A stretch of DNA of 64,000 nt from an uncultured Methanomicrobiales archaeon (GCA_963758915.1 CAVWXH010000003.1:64001-128000), one strand, 5' to 3'; positions 41,962 to 52,483 are shown, counted from the stretch's first letter. A program made the numbers and translations. The notes: generated from the letters alone by a model not told the origin.

Positions 41962-43749
41962 GTGTCAGCCGCCAACTTTTTTTCGGGAATTACAAAAAGG
42001 CTCTCATTTGAGAGATGTTTTCTTTTAGTAATCATCCTCGCAATCATACTTCGGTTCGCATTCCTGGACCTGAAGCTGTTACACCATGACGAGGCAATTC
42101 ACGCATGGTTTGCGTACGAACTCGTGACAAAAGGGGTGTATAGCTATGACCCGATGTATCATGGCCCGTTGCTCTATTACCTGACCGCCGGCATGTACTG
42201 GCTGTTTGGCCAGTCGGACCTTATCGCCCGGTTCCTTCCCGCCCTGTTCGGTACGCTCCTCGTACCGCTTATTTATTTTATTTACCGGCTCGGGTACCTT
42301 GACAAGAGGCAGGCACTTGTCGCCGCGTTATTCGTTGCAATTTCTCCTGACCTGGTCTATTTCTCCAGGTTTCTCAGGCATGACATATTTCAGCTCTTCT
42401 TTACTCTCCTGATCCTTGTTGCCCTGCTCTATTACCTGAATTCAGGCAAGCTACGGTACGCGCTTCTGGCGGGGATAGGGGTCGCCGGGGGGATGGGCCT
42501 TAAGGAAGATATGCCGCTCTTCCTCCTGGTCTTCCTGGTATTCGGGCTTTACCTTCTTGCCAGTAAAAAAATTGTGCTGCCCAAAAACTGGAAACGGGAC
42601 GCTATCCTCGGTATCCTTCTTGCGGTGGCAATTCTCACGCTCCTGTATTCATCATTCGGGATGCATTACGAGATTCTTGAAACGGGACTGATGAAGGCAT
42701 GGAACCACTGGACTGCGATGCATGGGCAGTGCCGGATATGCGGGCCCTGGTTCTTCTATATCCTCCTGTTCCTGCTTTACGAGGTCCCCATCATTATCTT
42801 TGCGATCGTTGGTATCGTCCAGTTTGCAGGGAAAGGGGGCAGGCTGAAAAACTCATTTAAAAGATTAACCGGGTATTTCAACCGGTTTAAGAAACAGCCA
42901 GAGCCGGAATCATCCACTCATTACCTCGCAGGGGTGAGTATCAGGCAGCTGGAAAGCAGGAGGGCCACGCCGGTCCTTAAAGACAAGAGGGATGATTTTT
43001 TCGTATTCTGCCTGTTCTGGCTGGTTATTTCACTTGCAGCCTATGCGTATATAGGGGAGAAAGTGCCCTGGCTGATCATCCACCAGTTGTTACCGATGAT
43101 CTTTATCGCCGTCTACATGATGACGAAGAAGAAGATGGTCATCGCGCTTATTACGTGTATATTCCTCATTGTCATGACATGGCATGTCGCATTTGTTCCC
43201 GCAGATGTAAACGAGCCGATCGTACAGGTGCAGAACTCAGAGGATGTACGGACTATCTTAAAAATTATTGATGCTTCAGATATCGTTATGATCGCATCGA
43301 AAGATTACTGGCCGCTCCCATGGTACAATCGCGGGCATGGCTGGGATAAGATACGGTTCTACGGTGAGATCCTCAATACCGATGAGATCTACCGGCAATT
43401 GCCTGACATGGTCATCACCCATGACCTTGAGAGCTATCCGGAACTGGAGGGATATCATAAAAGGACGTACAAGCTCTCATACTGGTTCTCAATCGTTGAT
43501 AACCAGAACCGTATACCGGAGTATTACTTCAAACGTGATGGCCAGATGGGAAGTATAAACCTTGATATTTTCACCCGGATCGGGACAACAGCAGATGATG
43601 TAATGATGAATGGACCAGTAAGCGGGGGCAGCAGCTGGGACTTCGCATTATCAAGCGGCACCGGGATCCAGAAAGGAACCCCGGTTCCACTGGTATTTCC
43701 AAATCCCTTTTCCAATCTGACCAAGGTATCGAACAGTTCGCGTGGTTAG
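41962..43749 (+). CDS. Agl23/TIGR03663-like GT-C membrane protein
   Basis: HHDEAIH, YDPMYHGP, SRFLRHD, KE, YWPLPWY; multiple TM helices. Confidence 0.8.
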   Translation: MSAANFFSGITKRLSFERCFLLVIILAIILRFAFLDLKLLHHDEAIHAWFAYELVTKGVYSYDPMYHGPLLYYLTAGMYWLFGQSDLIARFLPALFGTLLVPLIYFIYRLGYLDKRQALVAALFVAISPDLVYFSRFLRHDIFQLFFTLLILVALLYYLNSGKLRYALLAGIGVAGGMGLKEDMPLFLLVFLVFGLYLLASKKIVLPKNWKRDAILGILLAVAILTLLYSSFGMHYEILETGLMKAWNHWTAMHGQCRICGPWFFYILLFLLYEVPIIIFAIVGIVQFAGKGGRLKNSFKRLTGYFNRFKKQPEPESSTHYLAGVSIRQLESRRATPVLKDKRDDFFVFCLFWLVISLAAYAYIGEKVPWLIIHQLLPMIFIAVYMMTKKKMVIALITCIFLIVMTWHVAFVPADVNEPIVQVQNSEDVRTILKIIDASDIVMIASKDYWPLPWYNRGHGWDKIRFYGEILNTDEIYRQLPDMVITHDLESYPELEGYHKRTYKLSYWFSIVDNQNRIPEYYFKRDGQMGSINLDIFTRIGTTADDVMMNGPVSGGSSWDFALSSGTGIQKGTPVPLVFPNPFSNLTKVSNSSRG

Positions 43750-43864
43750 TCTTTTTTTCCTTACAGGGCGGTCCGGATATTGCCGGGTTCCTTTTTCCGA
43801 GTATTGCAACGAGTTGGAATTCAGGCATATATAAAACCCTCTCAATCTATTTTGACCAGTAATT

Positions 43865-43918
43865 GGCTCTGTAAGAAACACACATGAACTTTCTGTTCAG
43901 TTGTGTTTCAACAGAGCG
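43865..43918 (+). mobile_element. Minimal 54-bp MITE consisting almost only of the two ends
   Basis: GGCTCTGTAAGAAACACACATGAAC-TTTCT-GTTCAGTTGTGTTTCAACAGAGCG. Confidence 0.75.
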
Positions 43919-43992
43919 TGCAATTGAGCATCTTAGCTCAAAGATGAGCATTAAAATAGGTGGCCTTTCAGATCGTTTTGCCGGAGTTTTTC
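43919..43992 (+). repeat. About 75-bp repeat abutting a MITE end; second copy at 57013-57082
   Basis: TGCAATT..GCTCAAAGATGAGCAT..TGGCCTTT..CCGGAGTTTTTC versus TGCAATT..GCTCATAAATGAGCAT..TGGCCTTT..CCGGAGTTTTTC. Confidence 0.7.
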
Positions 43993-44073
43993 ATACCAGC
44001 CTAATCTTTCAATAGTTTCTGCAAGGCCAGTTATTCAGAAAAATAGATGTAAAGTGTTTCCCGGGGCCGGTAT

Positions 44074-45249
44074 CTACGCAAGCTCATCCCAATCAGACTG
44101 CCTGCGGCGATAGAGAATGATTCCAATTACAACGACAACCGCAATAACTGCAATTATAGCGATATAGATGAGGATGCTCCCAAGTCCGCTGGCCGCACCT
44201 CCAAAAATTCCGCCGATCCCTTTTGATACAGAATCCAGCGGGTTTGCCTCACCAACGTCCTTTCTTAATGCAAGGGCCGCATTATAACTTTGTGTTGCCA
44301 TATCTGAAGACTGTAACGCCTTATCCTTTGCACCTGAAAAATCGTTTTTCGGCAGGAGGTCGTTTGCTTCCGATAACAGGTCTGCTGCCCTGTCGCGCTT
44401 CTGGATGATCGGGGCAAGTCGCGGATCATTTCCCATGCTCCGGTTCACTTTGAAGTAAGTAATGAGGTCATCTGTCTGGTCAATTGGCGTTTGTGCCTCG
44501 TTAATAACCTGCTGTGCCATTGCCCTGTCAAGTGCCTTCTGACCGTCTTTAAGCAGTGCCTGCGCATTATTCATGTAGGTCTGGGCTGCTGCAAATGAGG
44601 TGGATTTCTCGGCATTCTGAATTGCAGCATTTGCAGCAGAATATTTCTCCATCGCTGCTGTTGTTTCAATTCCCTTCTCTGCCTCTTCGTCAATTGATGC
44701 CCGGAATGCAGCGAGTGCGGTTTTTACATCAGATATTGCCTTGGTTTTATCAGCAGGATTTATGACATAACGTTCCCTGACCACTTCACTGGCTGCTATC
44801 GATTCAGACTTGCCACTCAGTTCAGCGACCTTGATAATGGTTTTGTTACCTGATGCCGTCACCTTGGGTACTTCCCCATTCAGGGTAACACGCATAGACA
44901 AGTCCCTTTTTGAAGGATACGAGAGAACCCACCCGTTGATATTTAAATTTCGCCCGTTGGCAGTAACAGCTGGATTCGGATTGCCATCGAGGGAGGTGAT
45001 ATATGACCATTGCCCGTTTTCAAGGTCAGTTGACATCGTGAGAGTCTCCTCACTCGGGAACGTTTCGCCTCCTGTAGGATTAAAATCTATAACAAAAGTT
45101 ACCGTAACAGGATTTGGCGGGGTCTGGCCCGAAACAAGGTCCCCGGTCGGGGTAATTGCAATGTTTTTTACACTTATCGACGCAGATGCAACAGCAATTC
45201 CTGCAATAAGAATTATCAGGACAATAAGGATTGTCTTCAATGTACTCAT
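44074..45249 (-). CDS. Secreted membrane-anchored hypothetical protein, in operon with cetZ
   Basis: Signal ending VASA; beta-rich N-domain; alanine-rich helical region; TM helix plus RRRQSDWDELA tail. Confidence 0.8.
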   Translation of the reverse strand: MSTLKTILIVLIILIAGIAVASASISVKNIAITPTGDLVSGQTPPNPVTVTFVIDFNPTGGETFPSEETLTMSTDLENGQWSYITSLDGNPNPAVTANGRNLNINGWVLSYPSKRDLSMRVTLNGEVPKVTASGNKTIIKVAELSGKSESIAASEVVRERYVINPADKTKAISDVKTALAAFRASIDEEAEKGIETTAAMEKYSAANAAIQNAEKSTSFAAAQTYMNNAQALLKDGQKALDRAMAQQVINEAQTPIDQTDDLITYFKVNRSMGNDPRLAPIIQKRDRAADLLSEANDLLPKNDFSGAKDKALQSSDMATQSYNAALALRKDVGEANPLDSVSKGIGGIFGGAASGLGSILIYIAIIAVIAVVVVIGIILYRRRQSDWDELA

Positions 45250-45261
45250 ATAATGCGGCCC

Positions 45262-46446
45262 TCACTCAAACAGCGGTTCAATTGACTCCTGCTCGAACAT
45301 TGTTGATTTTTGACCCCTGTCAGGTTTATATACATCATCTTTCGTCTCTTTGGCAATTTCAAGGAGTTCCCTGATGCGTGGTGCGTTCCCAATACTGGCA
45401 AGCACAACCACAACAGCAACATATTCACTGTTTACCGGGTAGTCTCCACCACGGACTTCGACCCCGGCAATGTTCTCTTCCACCCAGCTCTTCGCCTTCT
45501 CGATCCCTTTCCTGTCGAGCTCATTCGGGGGCCCGGCTACGAGGACAAGGGCCCTTTCAGCGGTTGAGAAATCACAGGGAAGCGTAAGCCTGCCGAGCAT
45601 CGCCCGTCTCACAAGCGATATGACCTTCGCTGTCCTGTCCTCACCCAGAAGACCTTCTTCTACATTGTCCTTCCGAATAATTGTGTCTCTGATAGTGGTG
45701 ATAAATGCTCCGACATTATTCTGTTTCTTTTTCGAAGATACACTGCTGATTGCGTACCCGACAGAGGTGATACCCCCGCCCCGCAGTGTATTAATAATCT
45801 CGCTGGAATCGACAACCATCTCACCGACACCAAATTTCCCGGGTTCGCCTGCACGGAAGAGAATCCCGAAACGGCGTACAATTTCATCGTTTAACCGTTG
45901 AAATGCACTTTTAACGCTTTCACCCTCGTTTTTCCAGGCCGAATTATCAAAGAGGAAGGTATTGTCAGCTTCGTTGATGATCGTCTTTAAGCTCCTTGCA
46001 GCATTGTATGAATAGAGCCTCCCTTCTTCGGGGGCCGGCAGGATGCCGAGGACATATACCGGTTCCTGGTAAATTTTTTTCAGCTCTCGCGCAAGAACGG
46101 GGGTGCCGCCCGATCCGGTACCACCACCAAGCCCTGCAACGATCATGAAGGCGTCCACATCATGTGTGCCCACACGGTCGATGGCGCTCATGATACCGTC
46201 AACCTCATCAAGGGTAATCTTCGCGCCTGCGGCATTATCCGTCCCGACACCATGGCCTTTCACGACGGTCTGGCCGATCAGTATACGGTCACGCATGGGG
46301 ATTGTCTTTAACCCCATCAGGTCAGTCCGTGCGGTATTGACAACAATTCCCCTGAAACTTTTCGTGCCGAGCCGGTTGTCCTGGGAGAGGAACATATCCA
46401 CGATCTTTCCTCCCGCCTGTCCAAACCCGATGAAAAATATCTTCAT
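45262..46446 (-). CDS. cetZ: CetZ tubulin/FtsZ-family GTPase
   Basis: IGFGQAGGKIVD, VKGHGVG, GGGTGSG, FDNSAW, VDSSEIINTL, VRGGDYP. Confidence 0.92.
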   Translation of the reverse strand: MKIFFIGFGQAGGKIVDMFLSQDNRLGTKSFRGIVVNTARTDLMGLKTIPMRDRILIGQTVVKGHGVGTDNAAGAKITLDEVDGIMSAIDRVGTHDVDAFMIVAGLGGGTGSGGTPVLARELKKIYQEPVYVLGILPAPEEGRLYSYNAARSLKTIINEADNTFLFDNSAWKNEGESVKSAFQRLNDEIVRRFGILFRAGEPGKFGVGEMVVDSSEIINTLRGGGITSVGYAISSVSSKKKQNNVGAFITTIRDTIIRKDNVEEGLLGEDRTAKVISLVRRAMLGRLTLPCDFSTAERALVLVAGPPNELDRKGIEKAKSWVEENIAGVEVRGGDYPVNSEYVAVVVVLASIGNAPRIRELLEIAKETKDDVYKPDRGQKSTMFEQESIEPLFE

Positions 46447-46665
46447 GAAATGACTCCCGGCAGCCTGATTATGACTTATATTATCAGTTTTATCTCCTAA
46501 GAACTTATCTGTCCGGAGTTCAAATACTTTCTTATAACCCCGAACTGCCGGGGCCGCTATTTTGTCGATAGTCAGGGGCGGAGCCTTTTTTATCCTGCGT
46601 TTTGTTAATACTATAGGGAGAATGATCAGTCAGGAACCAGCTGTTCCTGGCATATCAGCAATACC

Positions 46666-47895
46666 ATGAAGATCTGTATCATTGGTGGAGGACTGACCGG
46701 CCTTACAGCGGCGTACGCGCTCTCCGGCCGGCACGATATCGATCTTTTTGAAAAGACCTCCACACCAGGCGGCTGCCTCTCCTCGTACCAGGTCGGGAAT
46801 TACTGGATCGAGAAATATTACCACCACTGCTTTTCAGGAGACCGGGCACTTATCTCATTGTTTGGCAAGCTGGGCCTGGCAGACAACCTTGAATGGAGAA
46901 GCGGGACAACAGGATATTATGCCAGCGGGAAGATTTACCCCCTGACGACCCCGTCCGAGATCCTCCGTTACCCGGAGCTGGGCCTGGCAGACAAGGTTCG
47001 GCTTGCATTGCTTACCATGAAGGCAAAAAATATGGATACGCTGCCTCTCGACTCGGTGACCGCAGAAGATTTCATCCTTATGCATGTCGGGAAACGGGTG
47101 TATACTTCATTTTTCGAACCATTGCTCCGCAGCAAGTTTGGGGAACGCCGGTCGGAAGTTTCTGCCGCCTGGCTGATCAGCCGGATCAAAATCAGGTCTG
47201 ACCGGGGCGTCTCCGGTGAACGGCTTGGATACCTGAACGGGGGCTTCCACCTCCTTGTTGATTCGCTTGTGTCTACTATTTCCGCACGGGGAACCCGGGT
47301 TATGTATAACGTACCTGCGACAACGCTGGTAAAAAACGGGGACACCTGGAGTGTTAATGGTACGAAGTACGATGCAGTTATCTCGACAATACCGCCAGGC
47401 CAGCTCCAGCAGATGGGAGGGCCGGATTTGCCGGAAATTCCCTACCAGGGTGCAGCCTGCATGACGATCGGGCTCGACCGTGATGTTGCTGAAAATATTT
47501 ACTGGCTCAATATGAAAGACGATGCCCCATATGGGGCCGTTGTTTCCCATACAAATTTTATCCCTCTGAAACGATACGGGGAACATGTAGTGTACCTCGC
47601 ATCATATTTTTCAGGAACAATCAGGCCTGGCCTGGACAAGGTAATGATCGGGGACTTCTGCAGGAGATTTTCCATTCCGAAAGAGGCAGTCTACTGGCAT
47701 AAACTTGCCGTTGACCCATTTGCCGGACCTGTCTATACAACAGGGTTCCGCCGTTTAATCCCATCATACGGTGAAATGGGGCTTTACATGGCAGGAATGT
47801 TTTCGGCCGCAAATTATCCTGAGCGGAGTATGGAAGGGTCAGTCCAGGCCGGGTTCGGCGTTGCAGGCGTGGTTGACCCCGAGGTCCGGGAATGA
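46666..47895 (+). CDS. FAD-dependent oxidoreductase (amine oxidase/protoporphyrinogen oxidase-like)
   Basis: IIGGGLTGL, EKYYHH, YPERSMEG. Confidence 0.85.
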   Translation: MKICIIGGGLTGLTAAYALSGRHDIDLFEKTSTPGGCLSSYQVGNYWIEKYYHHCFSGDRALISLFGKLGLADNLEWRSGTTGYYASGKIYPLTTPSEILRYPELGLADKVRLALLTMKAKNMDTLPLDSVTAEDFILMHVGKRVYTSFFEPLLRSKFGERRSEVSAAWLISRIKIRSDRGVSGERLGYLNGGFHLLVDSLVSTISARGTRVMYNVPATTLVKNGDTWSVNGTKYDAVISTIPPGQLQQMGGPDLPEIPYQGAACMTIGLDRDVAENIYWLNMKDDAPYGAVVSHTNFIPLKRYGEHVVYLASYFSGTIRPGLDKVMIGDFCRRFSIPKEAVYWHKLAVDPFAGPVYTTGFRRLIPSYGEMGLYMAGMFSAANYPERSMEGSVQAGFGVAGVVDPEVRE

Positions 47896-48608
47896 CTGCC
47901 CCTGCCATTGCTGCCGTGATACCGGTATATAATGACCGGAAGGCACTGGAAAGTGCAATCCCGGTTTCCCTTCAATACCTTGGAGAGATTACACCGGATT
48001 TTGAACTGATCATCGCCGAGGATGGCAGCACGGACGGTAGTGCAGAGCTGGTAATGGAAGCCGGCAGCAGGGACCCACGGGTCCGCCTCCTTCATAGTGA
48101 TGAGCGTCTTGGACGGGGGAGAGCATTGAACCGTGCGTTTCGTGAGACTTCTGCACCGATTGTCCTTTATTATGATGTAGACCTGGCCACCAGTATGGAG
48201 CACCTGCGTGAACTGGTAAGTTCAATACAGGAGGGTTATGATATCGCAACAGGGTCAAGACTACTCCCGGACAGCCGGATCAGGCGGACAGGCGGGAGGG
48301 AATTTGCCAGCAGGGGATATAATTTCCTGGTCAGAACAATCCTTTGGAGCAGGATTCACGACCACCAGTGCGGGTTCAAGTCATTCCGCCGTGAACGGGT
48401 TCTTCTGCTAGCAGAAAATGTCAGGGAACGTCACTGGTTCTGGGATACCGAGATCCTGGTCAGGGCCCAGCAGAAAGGCTACCGGATAAAAGAGTTCCCG
48501 GTGCACTGGGAGCAGGGGCCTGGCACAACGGTCCGCAAAAGTGATGTGACAGGTATGGGACTCTCGGTAGTGCGGTTGTGGTGGCGGCTCCATGTTCAGA
48601 AAAATTAG
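47892..48608 (+). CDS. Dolichyl-phosphate glycosyltransferase (GT2, AglD-like)
   Basis: IPVYN, EDGSTDG, DVDLAT, DHQCGFK, WFWDTE. Confidence 0.9.
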   Translation: MTAPAIAAVIPVYNDRKALESAIPVSLQYLGEITPDFELIIAEDGSTDGSAELVMEAGSRDPRVRLLHSDERLGRGRALNRAFRETSAPIVLYYDVDLATSMEHLRELVSSIQEGYDIATGSRLLPDSRIRRTGGREFASRGYNFLVRTILWSRIHDHQCGFKSFRRERVLLLAENVRERHWFWDTEILVRAQQKGYRIKEFPVHWEQGPGTTVRKSDVTGMGLSVVRLWWRLHVQKN

Positions 48609-49569
48609 TGCGATTGTTATTCCCACGCTTATTGCCGCCGGGATTATTATCTACATGCTACTTTCGGTATGGGATGAGTTGCTGGTGGCTCTCCGGCACG
48701 TGGTTCCGCTTTACATTGTTCCGGCAGTGCTCGTCTGCCTGCTGGCATGGATATTACGTGGTGCCCGGTACATGGGCATCCTCAGGAGCCTGCAGGTGAA
48801 GGCAGGGATGCTTGTTTCCACGGCCTGCATATTTGTTTCCCAGACTGCAAACCTCGTGGTCCCGGCCCGGCTCGGTGACCTTGTCAGGATTTTCATCCTG
48901 AAGCATGAGTATGACACATCAGTATCTACGGGAATCTCTTCCCTCGTAGTAGAGAGGCTTTTTGATATCATCATGGTCGCACTCCTTGGGGTTCTCATGC
49001 TCCCCTTTGTCCTGAATGTGCCACAATGGTTTTACATTGTAATTGTAGCCCCGCTCATTATCGGGGCAGTATTCATGGTCGTCCTGGTCGCCCTGGGAAG
49101 GGTTAAATCAGAAAATAAATATATCCGGCTTGTCCTGAACATGCTGGAGGAGGTACGGAAAGCCTCGCTCAGTGCAAGGTCACTCCTCCAGTTCTCCATA
49201 TTATCGGTCGTTATCTGGCTCCTGGATATTGGCGTATGTATTTTTGTGGCGTACATGTTTGGACAGAACATCGGGTTGCCGGTTGTAATACTTGCGATTG
49301 TCATCGGTAACCTCGTGAAAGCCGTTCCGCTGACACCTGGTGGTGTAGGTACCTATGAACTTGCCGTGGCTCTTGTCCTGCAACTGTCGGGAGTGGAGCC
49401 GGCCCTGGCATTCCTCATTGCCGTTACAGATCACCTGATTAAGAACCTGGTCACAATAATCGGCGGGGTTATTTCAATCTATTATCTTGGAGACTGGGTA
49501 CTCTCAACAATCAAATCTGCTTTCAACAAGGAACTTGGAGAAGGGGTGGATGGAAATTCCAGGCGCTGA
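48592..49569 (+). CDS. Lysylphosphatidylglycerol synthase TM-domain / flippase-like protein
   Basis: ANLVVPARLGD, ERLFD, PLTPGGVGTYE. Confidence 0.88.
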   Translation: MFRKISAIVIPTLIAAGIIIYMLLSVWDELLVALRHVVPLYIVPAVLVCLLAWILRGARYMGILRSLQVKAGMLVSTACIFVSQTANLVVPARLGDLVRIFILKHEYDTSVSTGISSLVVERLFDIIMVALLGVLMLPFVLNVPQWFYIVIVAPLIIGAVFMVVLVALGRVKSENKYIRLVLNMLEEVRKASLSARSLLQFSILSVVIWLLDIGVCIFVAYMFGQNIGLPVVILAIVIGNLVKAVPLTPGGVGTYELAVALVLQLSGVEPALAFLIAVTDHLIKNLVTIIGGVISIYYLGDWVLSTIKSAFNKELGEGVDGNSRR

Positions 49570-51691
49570 TATACAGGTCCTGTCGGTAATCTCGTGGCTG
49601 CTCATCCTCACCGTACTCCAGCTCTCACTCTGGCCGTACCTGAAAAAAGCGATCGGGGACCTTGCTTTTCCCGTGGCATTCCCTGCATCCGTTTTACTAT
49701 TCACCTTTATTTCATGGTATTGCGGACTGGTTCAGATCCCTGTATATCTCACAATGGTCCCGTTTATCATCCTGCTTCTCGTTGCCCTGTATCGCGGGGA
49801 GTATTCCTTGAACGGACTTAAAGGGGAGTGTAAATGGGAGTTCCTGTTCCTGGTCTGTTTCCTGTTCATGCTTAATGTAAGGTTTGTGAACCCTTCGATC
49901 TCCTTTGCCGAGAAATTCATGGACCATGGGTTCATCGCCTCGGTTATGCGTGACCCGGTTGTGCCGCCACTTGATCCGTGGTTCTCCGGCGGGTACATGA
50001 ATGTTTATTATTACCTCGGTTACTGGGCGATCGGGGCCCTTGGGGTTGTAAGCGGGGCACCATCGAATATCGTGTTCAACCTTGCACTCCCGACCGTCTT
50101 CGCACTCTCCGCAGTCACCATGTATGCCCTCGGCCACCTGCTCCTTGAACGATTCAGGTGGCTCCCGCTCGCGACGTTCCTTATTGTCAACCCCTCCTTT
50201 GTATTCGAGGCCGTCCGGGGAACCGCCGCCGGATCGCTCTTCTGGAACAGTACCAGGACGATTCCGGACGCGATCAATGAGTTCCCGCTTTTTTCACTCC
50301 TCTGGGGTGATGTCCACCCCCACCTCATCGGCATGTTCAACCAGGTTTTTTTCATATTCCTCCTGGTATTTTCATTGAAGCGGTGGGGGAGTCTAACCTG
50401 CCAGGGACGCTGGTGTGTAATCGGATTGGCCGCCCTTTCACTCGGTGCCATGCCACTGATCAATACCTGGGACATCCTCCTGTATGCACCGTTCATGGTT
50501 GTTATCGGGGCGTTGATCTGGTACGTGACGATTCACCCGGGAGGTATCAGTGTCACCAATGGAATAGCAGGGGTTGTGGGAAAACTGTCCTTCTGGTTCC
50601 ATTCTACGCTGAAGTGCATAGTGGATGCAATCAGGGAATGCATTGCACAGCTCATAAAATCCCCTGGGCAGATTGCTGACAACCCCTGGGGATTCCTCTT
50701 CATCGTCCCGCCCCTCTCCGTGCTGTTATGGATCCCGTTCTACTTCCAGCTGAACACGCAGGGTATCCAGGGAATCGGATTTGTGGTATCCCCCACGGGT
50801 CTGCCAGAGTTCCTGCTGGTCCACGGTATTTTTCTCCTGATATTTATCGCCTACCTGTGGAGAGATATCATAAAGCGGCCCTGGCTCATCCTTTTTGTCC
50901 TTCCATTTGCTCTTGCCGGTTATCTTTCCGCAGCGGTCGCGCTTGTCCCACTCGTCTACCTTGTCGCACGCTGGAGACCAGAACCCGTGGAAATCCTCGC
51001 AATCGCAGGGCTCGTAATCATCATCTTCTGCGAATTTTTCTACCTTAAGGACAACATGGGGGACGTTTATTACCGTATGAATACCGTGTTCAAGTTCTAT
51101 TTTGCAGCCTGGCTCCTGCTCGGGGCATCGGGGTTTGCGATGGTTGGAATAATGCTTGCCAGGTGGGTCCGGCCATACACTATCCCCCTGCATGCCCGGT
51201 ATATCCTGGCCTTTGTTCTGGGGGTCGGATTTATCCTCCTGCCGCTGGTCATACCAGCCACCATGATCGAAGGCCCGAGGTCCCTTGACGGTCTTGCCTA
51301 CATTGATTCCAGCCATCCGGGTGATGCAGCGGCTGTGGCATGGCTTCGTTCCCTGCCGGGCAATATAACCATTGTAGAGGCTGAAAATGGCGATTATACC
51401 TACTATTCACGGATCTCTTCTTTTACCGGAATACCGACTATTATAGGCTGGCCATTCCACGAGTTTATGTGGCGCGGTGACACGTCGGGATGGTATGGTA
51501 CCCGGATGAATGATGTCAGATCGATCTATGAAAACCCGGAAGATACAGTGACACTGATGAAGAAATATAATGCCACGTTGCTATATGTCGGTGATTCAGA
51601 ACGGGCACGGTATCATGTTGACCTTGATTCCGCGGATATCGTCCCGGTATATGACCGGGATGGTGTGAAGATCTACACACCCCGTTCGTAA
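49550..51691 (+). CDS. DUF2298 / Chlor_Arch_YYY-type membrane protein
   Basis: EKFMD, PPLDPWFSG..YYYLG, INEFP, GDVHPH, NTWD, RMNTVFKFY. Confidence 0.85.
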   Translation: MEIPGADIQVLSVISWLLILTVLQLSLWPYLKKAIGDLAFPVAFPASVLLFTFISWYCGLVQIPVYLTMVPFIILLLVALYRGEYSLNGLKGECKWEFLFLVCFLFMLNVRFVNPSISFAEKFMDHGFIASVMRDPVVPPLDPWFSGGYMNVYYYLGYWAIGALGVVSGAPSNIVFNLALPTVFALSAVTMYALGHLLLERFRWLPLATFLIVNPSFVFEAVRGTAAGSLFWNSTRTIPDAINEFPLFSLLWGDVHPHLIGMFNQVFFIFLLVFSLKRWGSLTCQGRWCVIGLAALSLGAMPLINTWDILLYAPFMVVIGALIWYVTIHPGGISVTNGIAGVVGKLSFWFHSTLKCIVDAIRECIAQLIKSPGQIADNPWGFLFIVPPLSVLLWIPFYFQLNTQGIQGIGFVVSPTGLPEFLLVHGIFLLIFIAYLWRDIIKRPWLILFVLPFALAGYLSAAVALVPLVYLVARWRPEPVEILAIAGLVIIIFCEFFYLKDNMGDVYYRMNTVFKFYFAAWLLLGASGFAMVGIMLARWVRPYTIPLHARYILAFVLGVGFILLPLVIPATMIEGPRSLDGLAYIDSSHPGDAAAVAWLRSLPGNITIVEAENGDYTYYSRISSFTGIPTIIGWPFHEFMWRGDTSGWYGTRMNDVRSIYENPEDTVTLMKKYNATLLYVGDSERARYHVDLDSADIVPVYDRDGVKIYTPRS

Positions 51692-51854
51692 ATTCCCGGG
51701 CATGCTGATGAATCTTGGGGAGGAGGGAAAATGTGCAGGTCCCACGGAAAAGGAAAGCGCTGGCCCGGTGAAAATAAGTGCCCGGGCCCATGATAACAAA
51801 CCTTTATTGCCACTCCTGTTAAAATAATATGGCTACATCGTCGCTGACTGATGA

Positions 51855-51879
51855 GTGATGAGGGAGACGCTACTCCTGA
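51855..51879 (+). promoter_or_regulatory. Putative kink-turn in the rpl7ae 5' leader
   Basis: GTGATGA-G-GGAG-acgcta-CTCC-TGA: box C/D-like motifs closing a stem just before the RBS. Confidence 0.55.
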
Positions 51880-51891
51880 ATGAGGTGAGTT

Positions 51892-52260
51892 ATGGCAAAC
51901 GCATTTGTGAAATTCCAGGTACCTGAAGAGATTCAGAATAAGGCGCTTGAGGCGCTCGAGATCGCAAGAGACACAGGGAAGATCAAGAAGGGTTCAAACG
52001 AGGCCACGAAAGCCATCGAGAGAAGCATTGCAACCCTTGTGCTGATTGGCGCAGACGTGGAACCAGCCGAGATCGTGATGCACCTCGGACCACTCTGTGA
52101 TGAGAAAAAAATCCCCTACCTGTATATCAATAAGCAGAATGACCTCGGTGCTGCAAGCGGTCTCGATGTCGGCTCTGCTGCTGCTGCAATTGTAAAGCCC
52201 GGAAAGGCGAAGGAAATTATTGACGATATCGTTAAACAGGTCACTGACCTGAGAGCGTGA
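51892..52260 (+). CDS. rpl7ae: 50S ribosomal protein L7Ae
   Basis: [24 protein letters not shown]. Confidence 0.97.
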   Translation: MANAFVKFQVPEEIQNKALEALEIARDTGKIKKGSNEATKAIERSIATLVLIGADVEPAEIVMHLGPLCDEKKIPYLYINKQNDLGAASGLDVGSAAAAIVKPGKAKEIIDDIVKQVTDLRA

Positions 52261-52267
52261 GGATATT

Positions 52268-52477
52268 ATGGCAGACGAAGGAACACCCGCGGAGGTGATC
52301 GAGGTGATCGGCTCAACCGGAATGCATGGCGAGGCGATGCAGGTAAAATGCCGGATCCTCGACGGGATCAACAAGGGTCGTATTATTACCCGCAATACAG
52401 TGGGTCCAATCCGTGAAGGCGATGTGCTGATACTCCTCGAGACCGAGCGCGAAGCAAAGAAACTATCGAGGCGGTGA
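52268..52477 (+). CDS. rps28e: 30S ribosomal protein S28e
   Basis: [27 protein letters not shown]. Confidence 0.97.
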   Translation: MADEGTPAEVIEVIGSTGMHGEAMQVKCRILDGINKGRIITRNTVGPIREGDVLILLETEREAKKLSRR

Positions 52478-52483
52478 GCAGAA

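Noticed and set aside
50661-50674. 14-bp match (CCCCTGGGCAGATT) to the tRNA-Gln 3' end as an att site
   Set aside because: It lies inside an intact CDS, on the upstream side of the tRNA, with ribosomal and other core genes in between; most likely chance.
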